Source of the DNA: Escherichia coli
GTDB taxonomy: Bacteria > Pseudomonadota > Gammaproteobacteria > Enterobacterales > Enterobacteriaceae
Length of the DNA: 64,000 bases
Direction: 5' to 3' (one strand)
NCBI RefSeq assembly: GCF_003334765.1
Contig: NZ_QOWT01000001.1
Below, one piece after another: positions 22,356 to 34,004 of the stretch. Position numbers and translations under genes: made by a program. Positions within the stretch are counted from its first letter, which is position 1, and every line of letters starts with the position of its first letter. The notes below the pieces were generated by a model, which did no database searches, was not told the DNA's origin, and worked only from the letters and a program-made list of their open reading frames with translations.

Positions 22356-22595
22356 GTGGCGGAGCAATTAGAGTTCTTTCCCGTCCAGAGCCCGTGCCGG
22401 GGAATTTGCCAGTCTGACGAACGCGGGTTTTGTCGCGGCTGTTTTCGTAGTCGTGATGAGCGTTTTAACTGGAATAAAATGAGCGATGGCGAAAAACAAG
22501 AGGTGCTGCGCCTTTGTCGGCAGCGATTAATGCGCAAATTACGCGCAAATAAGCCAGCGTCATCAGACGAACCGGAGCAACCATCACTCTTTTGA
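22356..22595 (+). CDS. ydhL: DUF1289-family Cys-rich small protein YdhL (79 aa, GTG start)
   Basis: ORF-track frame 22185..22595; preferred start is GTG at 22356 after aggaggg RBS, giving 79 aa (VAEQLEFFPVQSPCRGICQSDERGFCRGCFRS...) as for K-12 YdhL. Start codon choice is uncertain. Confidence 0.7.
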   Translation: MAEQLEFFPVQSPCRGICQSDERGFCRGCFRSRDERFNWNKMSDGEKQEVLRLCRQRLMRKLRANKPASSDEPEQPSLF

Positions 22596-22643
22596 ACCTA
22601 ATCTTGCGTATACTCCTCTCATATCTGATAAGAGGAAGCGATT

Positions 22644-23540
22644 ATGGTTCAGCGTATTACTATTGCGCCGCAAGGCCCGGAGTTTTCCCGTTTTGTGATG
22701 GGCTACTGGCGATTGATGGACTGGAATATGTCCGCCCGCCAGCTGGTCAGTTTTATTGAAGAGCATCTGGATCTCGGCGTGACCACCGTGGACCATGCTG
22801 ATATTTATGGTGGCTATCAGTGCGAAGCGGCGTTTGGCGAGGCACTGAAACTGGCACCTCACCTGCGTGAACGGATGGAAATCGTCAGTAAATGCGGTAT
22901 CGCGACGACCGCGCGTGAAGAAAACGTCATTGGTCATTACATCACTGACCGCGATCACATCATTAAGAGCGCCGAACAGTCGCTAATTAATCTCGCGACC
23001 GATCATCTGGATTTGCTGTTAATCCACCGACCAGACCCGTTAATGGATGCCGATGAAGTGGCGGACGCGTTCAAACATCTGCATCAGAGCGGCAAAGTGC
23101 GTCATTTTGGCGTATCGAACTTTACGCCTGCGCAATTTGCCCTGTTGCAATCACGTCTGCCGTTTACCCTTGCCACTAATCAGGTGGAAATATCCCCGGT
23201 GCATCAGCCGTTACTGCTGGATGGCACGCTCGACCAACTACAACAACTGCGTGTTCGTCCGATGGCGTGGTCCTGCCTTGGTGGTGGTCGTCTGTTTAAT
23301 GATGATTATTTCCAGCCGCTGCGTGATGAACTGGCTGTGGTGGCAGAGGAGTTAAACGCGGGCTCGATTGAACAGGTGGTTTACGCCTGGGTATTACGTT
23401 TACCATCGCAGCCGCTGCCAATTATCGGTTCAGGTAAAATTGAGCGCGTACGGGCAGCTGTCGAAGCAGAAACACTGAAAATGACCCGTCAACAATGGTT
23501 TCGTATCCGTAAAGCGGCACTGGGGTACGACGTACCGTAA
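22644..23540 (+). CDS. ydhF: Aldo-keto reductase family oxidoreductase YdhF (298 aa)
   Basis: ORF-track 298 aa; AKR-like TIM-barrel motifs; synteny. Confidence 0.9.
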   Translation: MVQRITIAPQGPEFSRFVMGYWRLMDWNMSARQLVSFIEEHLDLGVTTVDHADIYGGYQCEAAFGEALKLAPHLRERMEIVSKCGIATTAREENVIGHYITDRDHIIKSAEQSLINLATDHLDLLLIHRPDPLMDADEVADAFKHLHQSGKVRHFGVSNFTPAQFALLQSRLPFTLATNQVEISPVHQPLLLDGTLDQLQQLRVRPMAWSCLGGGRLFNDDYFQPLRDELAVVAEELNAGSIEQVVYAWVLRLPSQPLPIIGSGKIERVRAAVEAETLKMTRQQWFRIRKAALGYDVP

Positions 23541-23620
23541 GCACTTTTAGGAATAGCCGCCGTTCAAAAATGTGTCACTGGTTTACACTTATTCAGGAAT
23601 GCACAATGAACGGAGGTCCT

Positions 23621-24142
23621 ATGAAACGTTTTAGTCTGGCTATTCTGGCGCTGGTTGTTGCAACCGGCGCACAAGCTGCCAGTGAAAAAGTCGAGATGAA
23701 CCTCGTCACGTCGCAAGGGGTAGGGCAGTCAATTGGTAGCGTCACCATTACTGAAACCGATAAAGGTCTGGAGTTTTCGCCCGATCTGAAAGCATTACCC
23801 CCCGGTGAACATGGCTTCCATATTCATGCCAAAGGAAGCTGCCAGCCAGCCACCAAAGATGGCAAAGCCAGCGCCGCGGAATCCGCAGGCGGGCATCTTG
23901 ATCCACAAAATACCGGTAAACATGAAGGGCCAGAAGGTGCCGGGCATTTAGGCGATCTGCCTGCACTGGTCGTCAATAATGACGGCAAAGCTACCGATGC
24001 CGTCATCGCGCCTCGTCTGAAATCACTGGATGAAATCAAAGACAAAGCGCTGATGGTCCACGTTGGCGGCGATAATATGTCCGATCAACCTAAACCGCTG
24101 GGCGGTGGCGGTGAACGCTATGCCTGTGGTGTAATTAAGTAA
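23621..24142 (+). CDS. sodC: Periplasmic Cu,Zn-superoxide dismutase (173 aa)
   Basis: ORF-track frame 23570..24142; true start is the internal ATG at 23621 (MKRFSLAILALVVATGAQA signal peptide); His-rich Cu/Zn ligands (GFHIHAKG, GGHLDPQ). Confidence 0.93.
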   Translation: MKRFSLAILALVVATGAQAASEKVEMNLVTSQGVGQSIGSVTITETDKGLEFSPDLKALPPGEHGFHIHAKGSCQPATKDGKASAAESAGGHLDPQNTGKHEGPEGAGHLGDLPALVVNNDGKATDAVIAPRLKSLDEIKDKALMVHVGGDNMSDQPKPLGGGGERYACGVIK

Positions 24143-26155
24143 TTAAGAGGCCAGCGTACCTTGCGGTGGTGCTTGCTCAAGTTGCGAAAGCGAGCAGTAC
24201 AGCCGCCAGACAATTGCCGCCAGCTCACGGGCGGCAGGTTGATGATGACGGGCAAGGCTGTCGCAAATCCGCTGTAATTCTTCAAGTGTGGCCGCCAGTG
24301 ATTTTTGCTGAACGCCACGCTCACTCATCACTCCCCGCAACAGTGAAATACAGTTATCCCGTACTCGCGATAACGGATCGGAACGCGATTCCCAGTCGCG
24401 CAATTGCCAGACAACATGAGAACAGTTCAGCAGCACTACACCCCAGCGTAATAACCAACGGCGAGCCAGCGCATCCTGGCTGTTACTCAACTGACTGACG
24501 TGATGATAAGTGAGCGATTCAAATTCGCTTTCACTCAGTGTTGGATGGCGGCTTAGCTGATCGACAAAATCCCGGCGCAGCGCGCGAATATGGCGGCGGC
24601 TTTTACGAGCATCCGATCCTGGACGCAGAATGGCGAACGCTAACCACGCCAACGCGACGCCAACGATTTTTGCCAGATTATCGTTAAGAAAATCAGCAAA
24701 ATCATACACCGGGGGATTAGTGACAGCGATAAAAGAACCCATAAAAACAATCAGTTGCCCCCACAATGCGGCAAATTTTGGCATCTGCAATTTAAGAAGC
24801 TGCATTGTCGCCAGCAGTGGAAAGAGAAACAGTAAAAATTGCCACAGATCGCTAATCTGGACCATCAGACCAAATTTGACCACAAAGCTGAATAGCGAAA
24901 GTAACACCAGCGTGCGCATCAGAAGTGACAACGACTTAAACGGTGCTGCGACGGCGGAGTAGAGTACGCAGCTAATTGCTGCCAGCGTTAATGCATTGGC
25001 ACCGGCATCCCATTGCGAAGCAATACTCCATGCGCCAATCATCATCAACGTACAAAATGTACGCAGCCCGCTCCACATAGCTTCGGCGTTATCGGTATGA
25101 CGAGCCAGGCCGGATGTCCGTGGGAGTCTGGTATGATCATCTACACCGCTTTGCAGACGATGTAATTCCTGACTACTTTGCAGATAAAGGCGGCAAAAAT
25201 AACGTAGTCGCTGCCAGAAGGCGACGTGCCGATAGTCGGCGACGTTGGTCGGGCGTAGCGGGGCGATAATACGTGCGACGGTGTAAACATCTGTTTGCGA
25301 ACTGGCGAGCGCCGTCAGCAACTGTTCGAGAATTTCTCGTGTGGCACCTGGCGGTGAGGGCCAGTTGAGCAACATACGTCGCAGGCTGGAGATGACACTG
25401 GTCATACGTAATTGCTGGTGGAGCAGCGCATTAAGGCGCGCGTTTTGCTGGCGAAAACGATAGTGGCTCCAGAAAGCCTGGATACGCAGCAAATTCATGG
25501 TCAGTATCTGCCCAATCACCCCTTCATGTGCTGCACGAATGGCATCGGTTGTTTCAGGCTGCCAGAGTAAACTGGCATGTTCCAGTAATCGGGCGTGCAT
25601 GTTTTTCAATGCGGTTAAAAGGGCAGTAGCATCGGAACTGCTCGGCAGGATCATCATCATCATGCCGCCGCACAAAATACCGACTATTACCTCGCAAACG
25701 CGCGCCTGAGCGATATCCCACAGCTGGCTGGCCTCAGTAATATTAACCATCGGAAAGGCGATGATGGCAGCCGTGTAGCCCGCCAGTTGAAATGCATACG
25801 CGACGTTATTCGTGAAGTGCGCACAGGCCCAGGTACAAAAGCCAAGCCACGCCGACATGCTCAATAGAAAAAACCACGGCTCATTGAGCGTATGCCCGGC
25901 AAGAAGCAGTGCCGCAATGGCTCCGAGCAAACTGCCAGCGATGCGTCCGAGGCTTTTGCTGATAACACCGCCAACGGTGGGAAAGCTAACCACTGCAGCC
26001 GAGGTCATCGCCCAATAGGGTTCATCCAGATTTAAATAATAGGCAACCGTCAGCGCCAGACACATGGCAATGGTATTGCGTAACGCATAACGCCATTGCG
26101 CCAGCGTGGCCCTGAACCAGGGCAAATTGCGCAAGGACCATGACGATGCGTTCAT
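24143..26155 (-). CDS. ydhK: Fusaric-acid-resistance (FUSC/AaeB-like) inner-membrane efflux protein YdhK (670 aa)
   Basis: ORF-track 670 aa, two hydrophobic domains separated by a cytoplasmic segment as in AaeB; matches K-12 YdhK. Confidence 0.9.
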   Translation of the reverse strand: MNASSWSLRNLPWFRATLAQWRYALRNTIAMCLALTVAYYLNLDEPYWAMTSAAVVSFPTVGGVISKSLGRIAGSLLGAIAALLLAGHTLNEPWFFLLSMSAWLGFCTWACAHFTNNVAYAFQLAGYTAAIIAFPMVNITEASQLWDIAQARVCEVIVGILCGGMMMMILPSSSDATALLTALKNMHARLLEHASLLWQPETTDAIRAAHEGVIGQILTMNLLRIQAFWSHYRFRQQNARLNALLHQQLRMTSVISSLRRMLLNWPSPPGATREILEQLLTALASSQTDVYTVARIIAPLRPTNVADYRHVAFWQRLRYFCRLYLQSSQELHRLQSGVDDHTRLPRTSGLARHTDNAEAMWSGLRTFCTLMMIGAWSIASQWDAGANALTLAAISCVLYSAVAAPFKSLSLLMRTLVLLSLFSFVVKFGLMVQISDLWQFLLFLFPLLATMQLLKLQMPKFAALWGQLIVFMGSFIAVTNPPVYDFADFLNDNLAKIVGVALAWLAFAILRPGSDARKSRRHIRALRRDFVDQLSRHPTLSESEFESLTYHHVSQLSNSQDALARRWLLRWGVVLLNCSHVVWQLRDWESRSDPLSRVRDNCISLLRGVMSERGVQQKSLAATLEELQRICDSLARHHQPAARELAAIVWRLYCSLSQLEQAPPQGTLAS

Positions 26156-27012
26156 TATTGACCTACGGCAATGCTACAGGTGGTGCCCGACACCAACGTG
26201 ACATCGCCTGGGACTTTATCCAGCGCAAAGCGGACGGGAACGCGTTGGGCGAGTCGAACCCAGGGGACGTTAGGTTTAACATCCGGAATAAGGCTTGAGT
26301 CACTTTCAACGCTCTGATCATAAATCGCCCGACCGATACTGGAAACGTGACCCTGTAACGTTTTGTTATCACTATAGAGGGTAATTTGTGCTGGTGCACC
26401 TTCGCGGATATGGCGCAACTTGGTTTCTTCAAAATAACCAATGACGTAAAACGAGTGGCTGTCGACAAGGGCAAACAGCGGTTTCCCGGTATCAGCGTAA
26501 TCGCCGATGCGGGTAGTAAGGTTAGTCACCCATCCACTCACCGGGGCGCGAATTTCCGTTTGCGCCAGTTGCCATTGTGCCTGTTTCAGCGTCGCCTGTG
26601 CGGCATCAACACTGGCCTGCATCGCTTTAACATTGAGGTTAGCGGTATCGAGTTCTTCGGCAGAAATAAAATTTTGTGAGAGATGACGACGACGATTCGC
26701 TTCGTTATTGGCTTTTGCGAGGTCAGATTGCGCTTTCGCCAGCTGAGCCTGTGCGTTCAGCTCGGCGATCTGAAAGGGCGTTTTATCGATCGTGAGCAGA
26801 AGATCCCCCGCGTTAACCAGCTGGTTGTCTTTTATATTCAGCTCAACAATACGTCCCGACACCTGTGGGGTGATAGAAACCTGTTCTGCGCGTATTTTCC
26901 CGTCGCGTGTCCACGGAGATTGCATGTAATAATTCCACAGCCACCATCCGGCAAGAACCGCAACTACCGCTACAATGATTGTTGAGAAATACTTAATTGT
27001 TTTAATTGACAT
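26155..27012 (-). CDS. ydhJ: HlyD/AaeA-like membrane-fusion (periplasmic adaptor) protein YdhJ (~285 aa)
   Basis: ORF-track frame 26155..27054; start placed at the internal ATG ([24 protein letters not shown]) by recall of K-12 YdhJ; N-terminal TM anchor plus coiled-coil; stop overlaps the ydhK start by 1 nt. Confidence 0.85.
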   Translation of the reverse strand: MSIKTIKYFSTIIVAVVAVLAGWWLWNYYMQSPWTRDGKIRAEQVSITPQVSGRIVELNIKDNQLVNAGDLLLTIDKTPFQIAELNAQAQLAKAQSDLAKANNEANRRRHLSQNFISAEELDTANLNVKAMQASVDAAQATLKQAQWQLAQTEIRAPVSGWVTNLTTRIGDYADTGKPLFALVDSHSFYVIGYFEETKLRHIREGAPAQITLYSDNKTLQGHVSSIGRAIYDQSVESDSSLIPDVKPNVPWVRLAQRVPVRFALDKVPGDVTLVSGTTCSIAVGQ

Positions 27013-27014
27013 AG

Positions 27015-27251
27015 TTACCACGCAATCAGTATTGCCAGAGCAAGGCAAACGCAAATCGCAAACAGCGATAAATCCATTAACAAGGGATGCCAGATGTCAC
27101 CGGCGTAGATCCAGCCACGAAGCAGGCGGTGTACGACAAGCCAGATGACGAATCCAAACGCGAATGCTTTGAAAAACGGAGGAAAGTAGACGGACGCACC
27201 GAACACCAGATCTTGTAAGGGCAATCCTGTTGCATTGAGCATAAACTTCAC
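27015..27251 (-). CDS. ydhI: DUF1656 small membrane protein YdhI (78 aa)
   Basis: ORF-track 78 aa, two predicted TM helices; first gene of ydhIJK. Confidence 0.85.
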
Positions 27252-27423
27252 AAAGTAGATTCCTTTACGACCGAATATATTGCGTTAGATTAATAAATAT
27301 TCTTTAAGTGCGAAAAATTTACGCGCAATTTCTGAAAAATATGTCTGACGGTAACCAAATGCAGCAATACATTTGTTTTAGCAATACAATTGCTGCACAC
27401 TATTCTAAAAGCCGCATAATATC

Positions 27424-27435
27424 TTAGCAAGCTAA
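27424..27435. promoter_or_regulatory. SlyA binding site, 12-bp palindrome in the slyA leader and slyA-ydhI divergent region
   Basis: ttagcaagctaa is a perfect match to the published SlyA consensus TTAGCAAGCTAA; about 10 nt upstream of the slyA start codon. Confidence 0.7.
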
Positions 27436-27445
27436 TTATAAGGAG

Positions 27446-27886
27446 ATGAAATTGGAATCGCCACTAGGTTCTGATCTGGCACGGTTGGTGCGCATATGGC
27501 GTGCTCTGATAGACCATCGCCTGAAACCGCTGGAGTTAACACAAACCCATTGGGTTACGTTACACAATATCCATCAGTTACCTCCAGACCAGTCGCAAAT
27601 TCAACTGGCAAAAGCGATTGGCATCGAGCAGCCATCACTGGTCCGTACTCTGGACCAACTGGAAGAAAAAGGGTTAATTTCGCGTCAAACTTGTGCCAGC
27701 GATCGTCGGGCTAAACGTATTAAACTGACGGAAAAGGCAGAGCCGCTGATCAGCGAAATGGAAGCTGTTATTAACAAAACCCGCGCGGAAATATTACATG
27801 GCATCTCCGCAGAGGAACTGGAGCAACTGATTACGCTCATCGCAAAACTTGAGCATAATATCATTGAGTTACAGGCCAAAGGGTGA
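27446..27886 (+). CDS. slyA: MarR-family transcriptional regulator SlyA
   Basis: ORF-track 146 aa ([26 protein letters not shown]...); a TTG start 6 nt downstream (27452) would give the 144-aa form; winged-helix MarR fold. Confidence 0.93.
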
Positions 27887-27932
27887 AATGAAGGGGGCGT
27901 GTGGTCAGTAACCTGACCACACGCAAACTTAT

Positions 27933-28400
27933 TTAGCGCGGAGAAACGGTCACCTGACTGCCATTGCTGGCCAGTACGACACGTTGGCCCGGAGAGAAAC
28001 GAGTGTTGCCTTGTTTCTGTACCACCATGATGGTATTACCATCGTCTTTACGAATTTCCAGCTCGACACCCTGCGTTTTGTTCATTGCACTCTGTACGCC
28101 CTGACCAGCTACGCCACCTGCAACAGCGCCTGCTGCAGTAGCCAGAGAACGCCCGGTTCCGCCACCAACAGTATTCCCCAGGAAACCACCAAGAACAGCA
28201 CCGCCAATTGCACCGATAACGTTGGAATCATCACCGCCCTGAATCTGTACCGGACGTACGTTAACGATGGTGCCATAGCTGACATTCTGTACTTGTTTCG
28301 CTTCAGAAGCGGTATAAACATCCCCTGACAGGGTGTCGTTATTAACACAACCGACAAGAGACAGACCTACCATTGAAACAACCAATACGCGTTTAATCAT
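27933..28400 (-). CDS. slyB: Outer-membrane lipoprotein SlyB (155 aa)
   Basis: ORF-track 155 aa; lipobox LVGC; Gly-rich glycine-zipper region. Confidence 0.93.
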   Translation of the reverse strand: MIKRVLVVSMVGLSLVGCVNNDTLSGDVYTASEAKQVQNVSYGTIVNVRPVQIQGGDDSNVIGAIGGAVLGGFLGNTVGGGTGRSLATAAGAVAGGVAGQGVQSAMNKTQGVELEIRKDDGNTIMVVQKQGNTRFSPGQRVVLASNGSQVTVSPR

Positions 28401-28673
28401 TGAAAAATCTCCTGTTCACCATGAAACGCCACGCAAGCATCCCTCATGGTCAAAGTATATGGCATATGTGAATCCATGGTTACATGTTCTACCAAATATG
28501 AGCAAATCATAATGAAAGTAGGATCAACCAATTATAAACAAAACATTCATGATGATTATTGATTTGAAGATAATGTTTTACTACCAACGGTAAAAATCGG
28601 TCATTCCGCATGGTATTCACGAAAAGTTTATGTTTGAGTGGTGCGCAAACGTCAGATTGAAAAAGGATGAACT

Positions 28674-29783
28674 ATGAAATCGGGCCGCTTTATTGGCGTT
28701 ATGTCAGGCACCAGCCTTGATGGTGTTGATGTTGTGTTGGCGACAATTGATGAACACCGGGTCGCACAGCTGGCAAGTTTGAGTTGGCCGATCCCGGTAT
28801 CTCTGAAACAGGCTGTACTGGATATTTGCCAGGGCCAGCAGCTTACACTTTCGCAGTTTGGACAGCTTGATACTCAACTCGGGCGACTTTTTGCTGATGC
28901 GGTCAATGCCTTGCTTAAGGAACAAAATCTGCAGGCAAGAGATATAGTTGCGATCGGTTGTCACGGTCAAACCGTCTGGCATGAACCGACGGGCGTGGCA
29001 CCACACACTTTACAGATTGGCGATAACAATCAAATTGTGGCACGCACCGGAATTACGGTTGTCGGTGATTTTCGCCGTCGCGATATTGCCTTGGGAGGAC
29101 AAGGCGCACCGCTGGTACCTGCGTTCCATCATGCGCTGCTGGCTCACCCAACCGAGCGACGAATGGTGCTCAATATTGGCGGCATCGCCAATCTGTCACT
29201 GCTCATTCCTGGGCAGCCGGTTGGGGGCTACGATACCGGTCCTGGTAACATGCTGATGGATGCCTGGATCTGGCGTCAGGCCGGTAAACCTTACGATAAA
29301 GATGCCGAGTGGGCACGGGCGGGTAAAGTTATTCTCCCACTGCTGCAAAATATGCTCAGCGACCCGTATTTCTCGCAACCTGCACCGAAAAGCACCGGAC
29401 GCGAATACTTTAACTATGGTTGGCTGGAGCGCCATTTGCGCCATTTTCCGGGTGTTGATCCCCGAGATGTGCAGGCGACACTGGCAGAACTCACCGCCGT
29501 GACCATTTCTGAACAAGTTTTGTTGAGCGGTGGCTGCGAACGATTGATGGTATGTGGTGGAGGTAGTCGTAATCCGCTACTCATGGCGCGTCTGGCGGCA
29601 TTACTGCCAGGCACAGAAGTCACCACCACCGATGCCGTTGGCATTAGTGGCGATGACATGGAAGCATTGGCTTTCGCCTGGCTTGCCTGGCGGACGCTGG
29701 CGGGATTACCAGGAAATCTGCCTTCCGTCACTGGCGCAAGCCAGGAGACGGTACTGGGGGCTATTTTCCCCGCTAACCCGTGA
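28674..29783 (+). CDS. anmK: Anhydro-N-acetylmuramic acid kinase (369 aa)
   Basis: ORF-track 369 aa beginning [27 protein letters not shown], canonical AnmK. Confidence 0.95.
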
Positions 29784-29880
29784 TATCAGAGTTAACTGAA
29801 TTTTTCTTACCGCGTCTGCCGTTACACTTGGAACGTTAGGGAGGGCGTATTGCCCTCCAGACCAGGAAAGTCTTCGGGAT

Positions 29881-30210
29881 ATGACTATGAAAAAACTGTT
29901 AATTATCATTTTGCCGGTCCTTCTCTCCGGCTGTAGCGCCTTTAATCAGCTGGTTGAGCGCATGCAAACCGATACGCTGGAATACCAGTGTGATGAAAAA
30001 CCGTTGACGGTCAAACTGAATAATCCGCGCCAGGAGGTCAGTTTTGTTTACGATAATCAACTACTGCATCTCAAACAGGGCATTTCAGCCTCTGGCGCGC
30101 GTTACACTGACGGAATCTATGTTTTCTGGTCGAAAGGCGATGAAGCGACTGTCTATAAACGCGACCGCATCGTCTTGAATAACTGTCAGTTACAAAATCC
30201 ACAGCGTTGA
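29881..30210 (+). CDS. mliC: Membrane-bound lysozyme inhibitor of C-type lysozyme (109 aa)
   Basis: ORF-track 109 aa; lipoprotein signal with lipobox LSGC; synteny after anmK. Confidence 0.92.
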   Translation: MTMKKLLIIILPVLLSGCSAFNQLVERMQTDTLEYQCDEKPLTVKLNNPRQEVSFVYDNQLLHLKQGISASGARYTDGIYVFWSKGDEATVYKRDRIVLNNCQLQNPQR

Positions 30211-30268
30211 GATTTTTCCAGGGGCGGCGCACAATAGCGTCACCCACTGACAATCCGTAAAGAAAACC

Positions 30269-30925
30269 ATGTCTGATAACGACGAATTGCAGCAAATCGC
30301 GCATCTGCGCCGTGAATACACCAAAGGCGGGTTACGCCGCCGCGATCTTCCCGCCGATCCATTAACCCTTTTTGAACGTTGGCTCTCTCAGGCTTGTGAA
30401 GCCAAACTGGCGGACCCTACCGCGATGGTGGTCGCTACCGTGGATGAACATGGTCAGCCTTATCAGCGCATCGTTTTACTCAAACATTACGACGAAAAAG
30501 GCATGGTGTTTTACACCAACCTCGGCAGCCGTAAAGCACATCAAATCGAAAATAATCCGCGCGTTAGCCTGCTGTTCCCGTGGCATACCCTTGAGCGCCA
30601 GGTGATGGTGATCGGTAAAGCAGAACGACTTTCGACTCTCGAAGTGATGAAATATTTTCATAGCCGCCCGCGTGATAGCCAGATTGGTGCATGGGTTTCG
30701 AAGCAGTCCAGTCGCATTTCTGCCCGCGGTATCCTTGAAAGTAAATTCCTGGAGCTGAAGCAGAAGTTTCAACAGGGCGAAGTGCCATTGCCGAGCTTTT
30801 GGGGCGGTTTTCGCGTCAGCCTTGAACAGATTGAGTTCTGGCAGGGTGGTGAGCATCGCCTGCATGACCGCTTTTTGTACCAGCGTGAAAATGATGCGTG
30901 GAAGATTGATCGTCTTGCACCCTGA
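30269..30925 (+). CDS. pdxH: Pyridoxine/pyridoxamine 5'-phosphate oxidase (218 aa)
   Basis: ORF-track 218 aa; matches K-12 PdxH. Confidence 0.95.
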
Positions 30926-31053
30926 AAAGATGCAAAAATCTTGCTTTAATCGCTGGTACTCCTGATTCTGGCACTTTATTCTATGTCTCTTTCGCATCTG
31001 GCGAAAAGTCGTGTACCGGCAAAGGTGCAGTCGTTATATACATGGAGATTTTG

Positions 31054-32328
31054 ATGGCAAGCAGTAACTTGATTAAACAATTGCAAGAGCGGGGGCTGGT
31101 AGCCCAGGTGACGGACGAGGAAGCGTTAGCAGAGCGACTGGCGCAAGGCCCGATCGCGCTCTATTGCGGCTTCGATCCTACCGCTGACAGCTTGCATTTG
31201 GGGCATCTTGTTCCATTGTTATGCCTGAAACGCTTCCAGCAGGCGGGCCACAAGCCGGTTGCGCTGGTAGGCGGCGCGACGGGTCTGATTGGCGACCCGA
31301 GCTTCAAAGCTGCCGAGCGTAAGCTGAACACCGAAGAAACTGTTCAGGAGTGGGTGGACAAAATCCGTAAGCAGGTTGCCCCGTTCCTCGATTTCGACTG
31401 TGGAGAAAACTCTGCTATCGCGGCGAACAACTATGACTGGTTCGGCAATATGAATGTGCTGACCTTCCTGCGCGATATTGGCAAACACTTCTCCGTTAAC
31501 CAGATGATCAACAAAGAAGCGGTTAAGCAGCGTCTCAACCGTGAAGATCAGGGGATTTCGTTCACTGAGTTTTCCTACAACCTGTTGCAGGGTTATGACT
31601 TCGCCTGTCTGAACAAACAGTACGGTGTGGTGCTGCAAATTGGTGGTTCTGACCAGTGGGGTAACATCACTTCTGGTATCGACCTGACCCGTCGTCTGCA
31701 TCAGAATCAGGTGTTTGGCCTGACCGTTCCGCTGATCACTAAAGCAGATGGCACCAAATTTGGTAAAACTGAAGGCGGCGCAGTCTGGTTGGATCCGAAG
31801 AAAACCAGCCCGTACAAATTCTACCAGTTCTGGATCAACACTGCGGATGCCGACGTTTACCGCTTCCTGAAGTTCTTCACCTTTATGAGCATTGAAGAGA
31901 TCAACGCCCTGGAAGAAGAAGATAAAAACAGCGGTAAAGCACCGCGCGCCCAGTATGTACTGGCGGAGCAGGTGACTCGTCTGGTTCACGGTGAAGAAGG
32001 TTTACAGGCGGCAAAACGTATTACCGAATGCCTGTTCAGCGGTTCTTTGAGTGCGCTGAGTGAAGCGGACTTCGAACAGCTGGCGCAGGACGGCGTACCG
32101 ATGGTTGAGATGGAAAAGGGCGCAGACCTGATGCAGGCACTGGTCGATTCTGAACTGCAACCTTCCCGTGGTCAGGCACGTAAAACTATCGCCTCCAATG
32201 CCATCACCATTAACGGTGAAAAACAGTCCGATCCTGAATACTTCTTTAAAGAAGAAGATCGTCTGTTTGGTCGTTTTACCTTACTGCGTCGCGGTAAAAA
32301 GAATTACTGTCTGATTTGCTGGAAATAA
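31054..32328 (+). CDS. tyrS: Tyrosyl-tRNA synthetase (424 aa)
   Basis: ORF-track frame 31042..32328; true start is the second ATG ([15 protein letters not shown]); class I HIGH motif (HLGHL) and KMSKS-type KFGKT. Confidence 0.95.
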
Positions 32329-32343
32329 TGCATTAAGTGGAAA

Positions 32344-32376
32344 GGGGGAGTGAGAAATCACTCCCCCTGGTTTTTA
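32344..32376 (+). terminator. Intrinsic terminator/attenuator hairpin between tyrS and pdxY
   Basis: gggggagtga gaaa tcactccccc (perfect 10-bp stem) followed by tggttttta. Confidence 0.65.
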
Positions 32377-32386
32377 TACAGGGAAC

Positions 32387-33250
32387 ATGATGAAAAATAT
32401 TCTCGCTATCCAGTCTCACGTTGTTTATGGTCATGCGGGTAACAGTGCGGCAGAGTTTCCGATGCGCCGCCTGGGCGCGAACGTCTGGCCGCTGAACACC
32501 GTTCAATTTTCTAATCACACCCAATACGGCAAATGGACTGGCTGCGTGATGCCGCCCAGCCATTTAACCGAAATTGTGCAAGGCATTGCCGCCATTGATA
32601 AATTACACACCTGTGATGCCGTATTAAGTGGCTATCTGGGATCGGCGGAGCAGGGTGAACATATCCTCGGTATCGTCCGTCAGGTGAAAGCCGCGAATCC
32701 GCAGGCGAAATATTTTTGCGATCCGGTAATGGGTCATCCGGAAAAAGGCTGTATCGTTGCACCGGGTGTCGCAGAGTTTCATGTGCGGCACGGTTTGCCT
32801 GCCAGCGATATCATTGCGCCAAATCTGGTTGAGCTGGAAATACTCTGTGAGCATGCGGTAAATAACGTCGAAGAAGCGGTTCTGGCAGCGCGCGAACTCA
32901 TTGCGCAAGGGCCACAAATTGTGTTGGTTAAACACCTGGCGCGAGCTGGCTACAGCCGTGACCGTTTTGAAATGCTGCTGGTCACCGCCGATGAAGCCTG
33001 GCATATCAGCCGTCCGCTGGTGGATTTTGGTATGCGCCAGCCGGTAGGTGTTGGTGATGTGACGAGCGGTTTACTGCTGGTGAAACTGCTTCAGGGGGCA
33101 ACGCTGCAGGAGGCGCTGGAACATGTGACCGCTGCAGTCTACGAAATCATGGTGACCACCAAAGCAATGCAGGAATATGAGCTGCAAGTGGTGGCTGCTC
33201 AGGATCGTATTGCCAAACCAGAACATTACTTCAGCGCAACAAAGCTCTGA
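32387..33250 (+). CDS. pdxY: Pyridoxal kinase PdxY (287 aa)
   Basis: ORF-track 287 aa; ribokinase-like fold; synteny downstream of tyrS. Confidence 0.95.
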   Translation: MMKNILAIQSHVVYGHAGNSAAEFPMRRLGANVWPLNTVQFSNHTQYGKWTGCVMPPSHLTEIVQGIAAIDKLHTCDAVLSGYLGSAEQGEHILGIVRQVKAANPQAKYFCDPVMGHPEKGCIVAPGVAEFHVRHGLPASDIIAPNLVELEILCEHAVNNVEEAVLAARELIAQGPQIVLVKHLARAGYSRDRFEMLLVTADEAWHISRPLVDFGMRQPVGVGDVTSGLLLVKLLQGATLQEALEHVTAAVYEIMVTTKAMQEYELQVVAAQDRIAKPEHYFSATKL

Positions 33251-33293
33251 AATATCTCATTTCGGCCCACAACGACCTGTGGGCCGATGGCTA

Positions 33294-33899
33294 TTACTTT
33301 AAGCCTTCCGCTGACAGCGCGTCTTGTACTTCCGGACGTTCAGCCATACGTTGCATAAATGCTGCAATGTGCTCTAACCCTTCCAGATTCAGTTTCACCG
33401 CGTATGCCCAGCGCAGAACCGTAAACAGATAGGCATCAGCAATTGTAAATCTTTGCCCGCAGATCCAGTGCTCATCCTTCAGTGCCTCGTTCACATATTG
33501 CAGCTTCTTCTCCAGCTGCGCGCGAACTGTCGGTTTGTACTCTTCCGGTGTATCAGGGCGAAACAGAGGTGTGAAACCTTTATGCAGCTCGGTGGCGATG
33601 TAATTCAGCCATTCGATGGTTTTATAGCGGGAAATACTGTTTACCGGTGCCAGCAACTGGCGGTCGGGGACGCTGTCGGCAAGATACTGCATAATCGCTA
33701 CGCCTTCCGTCAGCAAAGTACCGTCATCCAGCAGCAATGCAGGCACCTGCCCCTTAGGGTTAACGGCAAAGTAATCGTCACCGTTTTCGAGACGTTTTTT
33801 CATTAAATCCACGCTGACGAGGGTAAAATCCTTTCCGCTCTCACGCAGGGTGATATGGGAAGCGAGAGAGCAGGCACCCGGTTTGTAGAACAATTTCAT
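33294..33899 (-). CDS. gstA: Glutathione S-transferase GstA (201 aa)
   Basis: ORF-track 201 aa beginning [32 protein letters not shown], canonical GstA. Confidence 0.95.
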
Positions 33900-34004
33900 C
33901 GGTAACTCCTTTTGTCTGTGGTTTAAAGTATGGTAGTGCGTTGCTGAACAAAAAAAAAGCCGCTAACGAAAAGTTAGCGGCTTGTAAAAGAGTTTCCCTG
34001 AATT

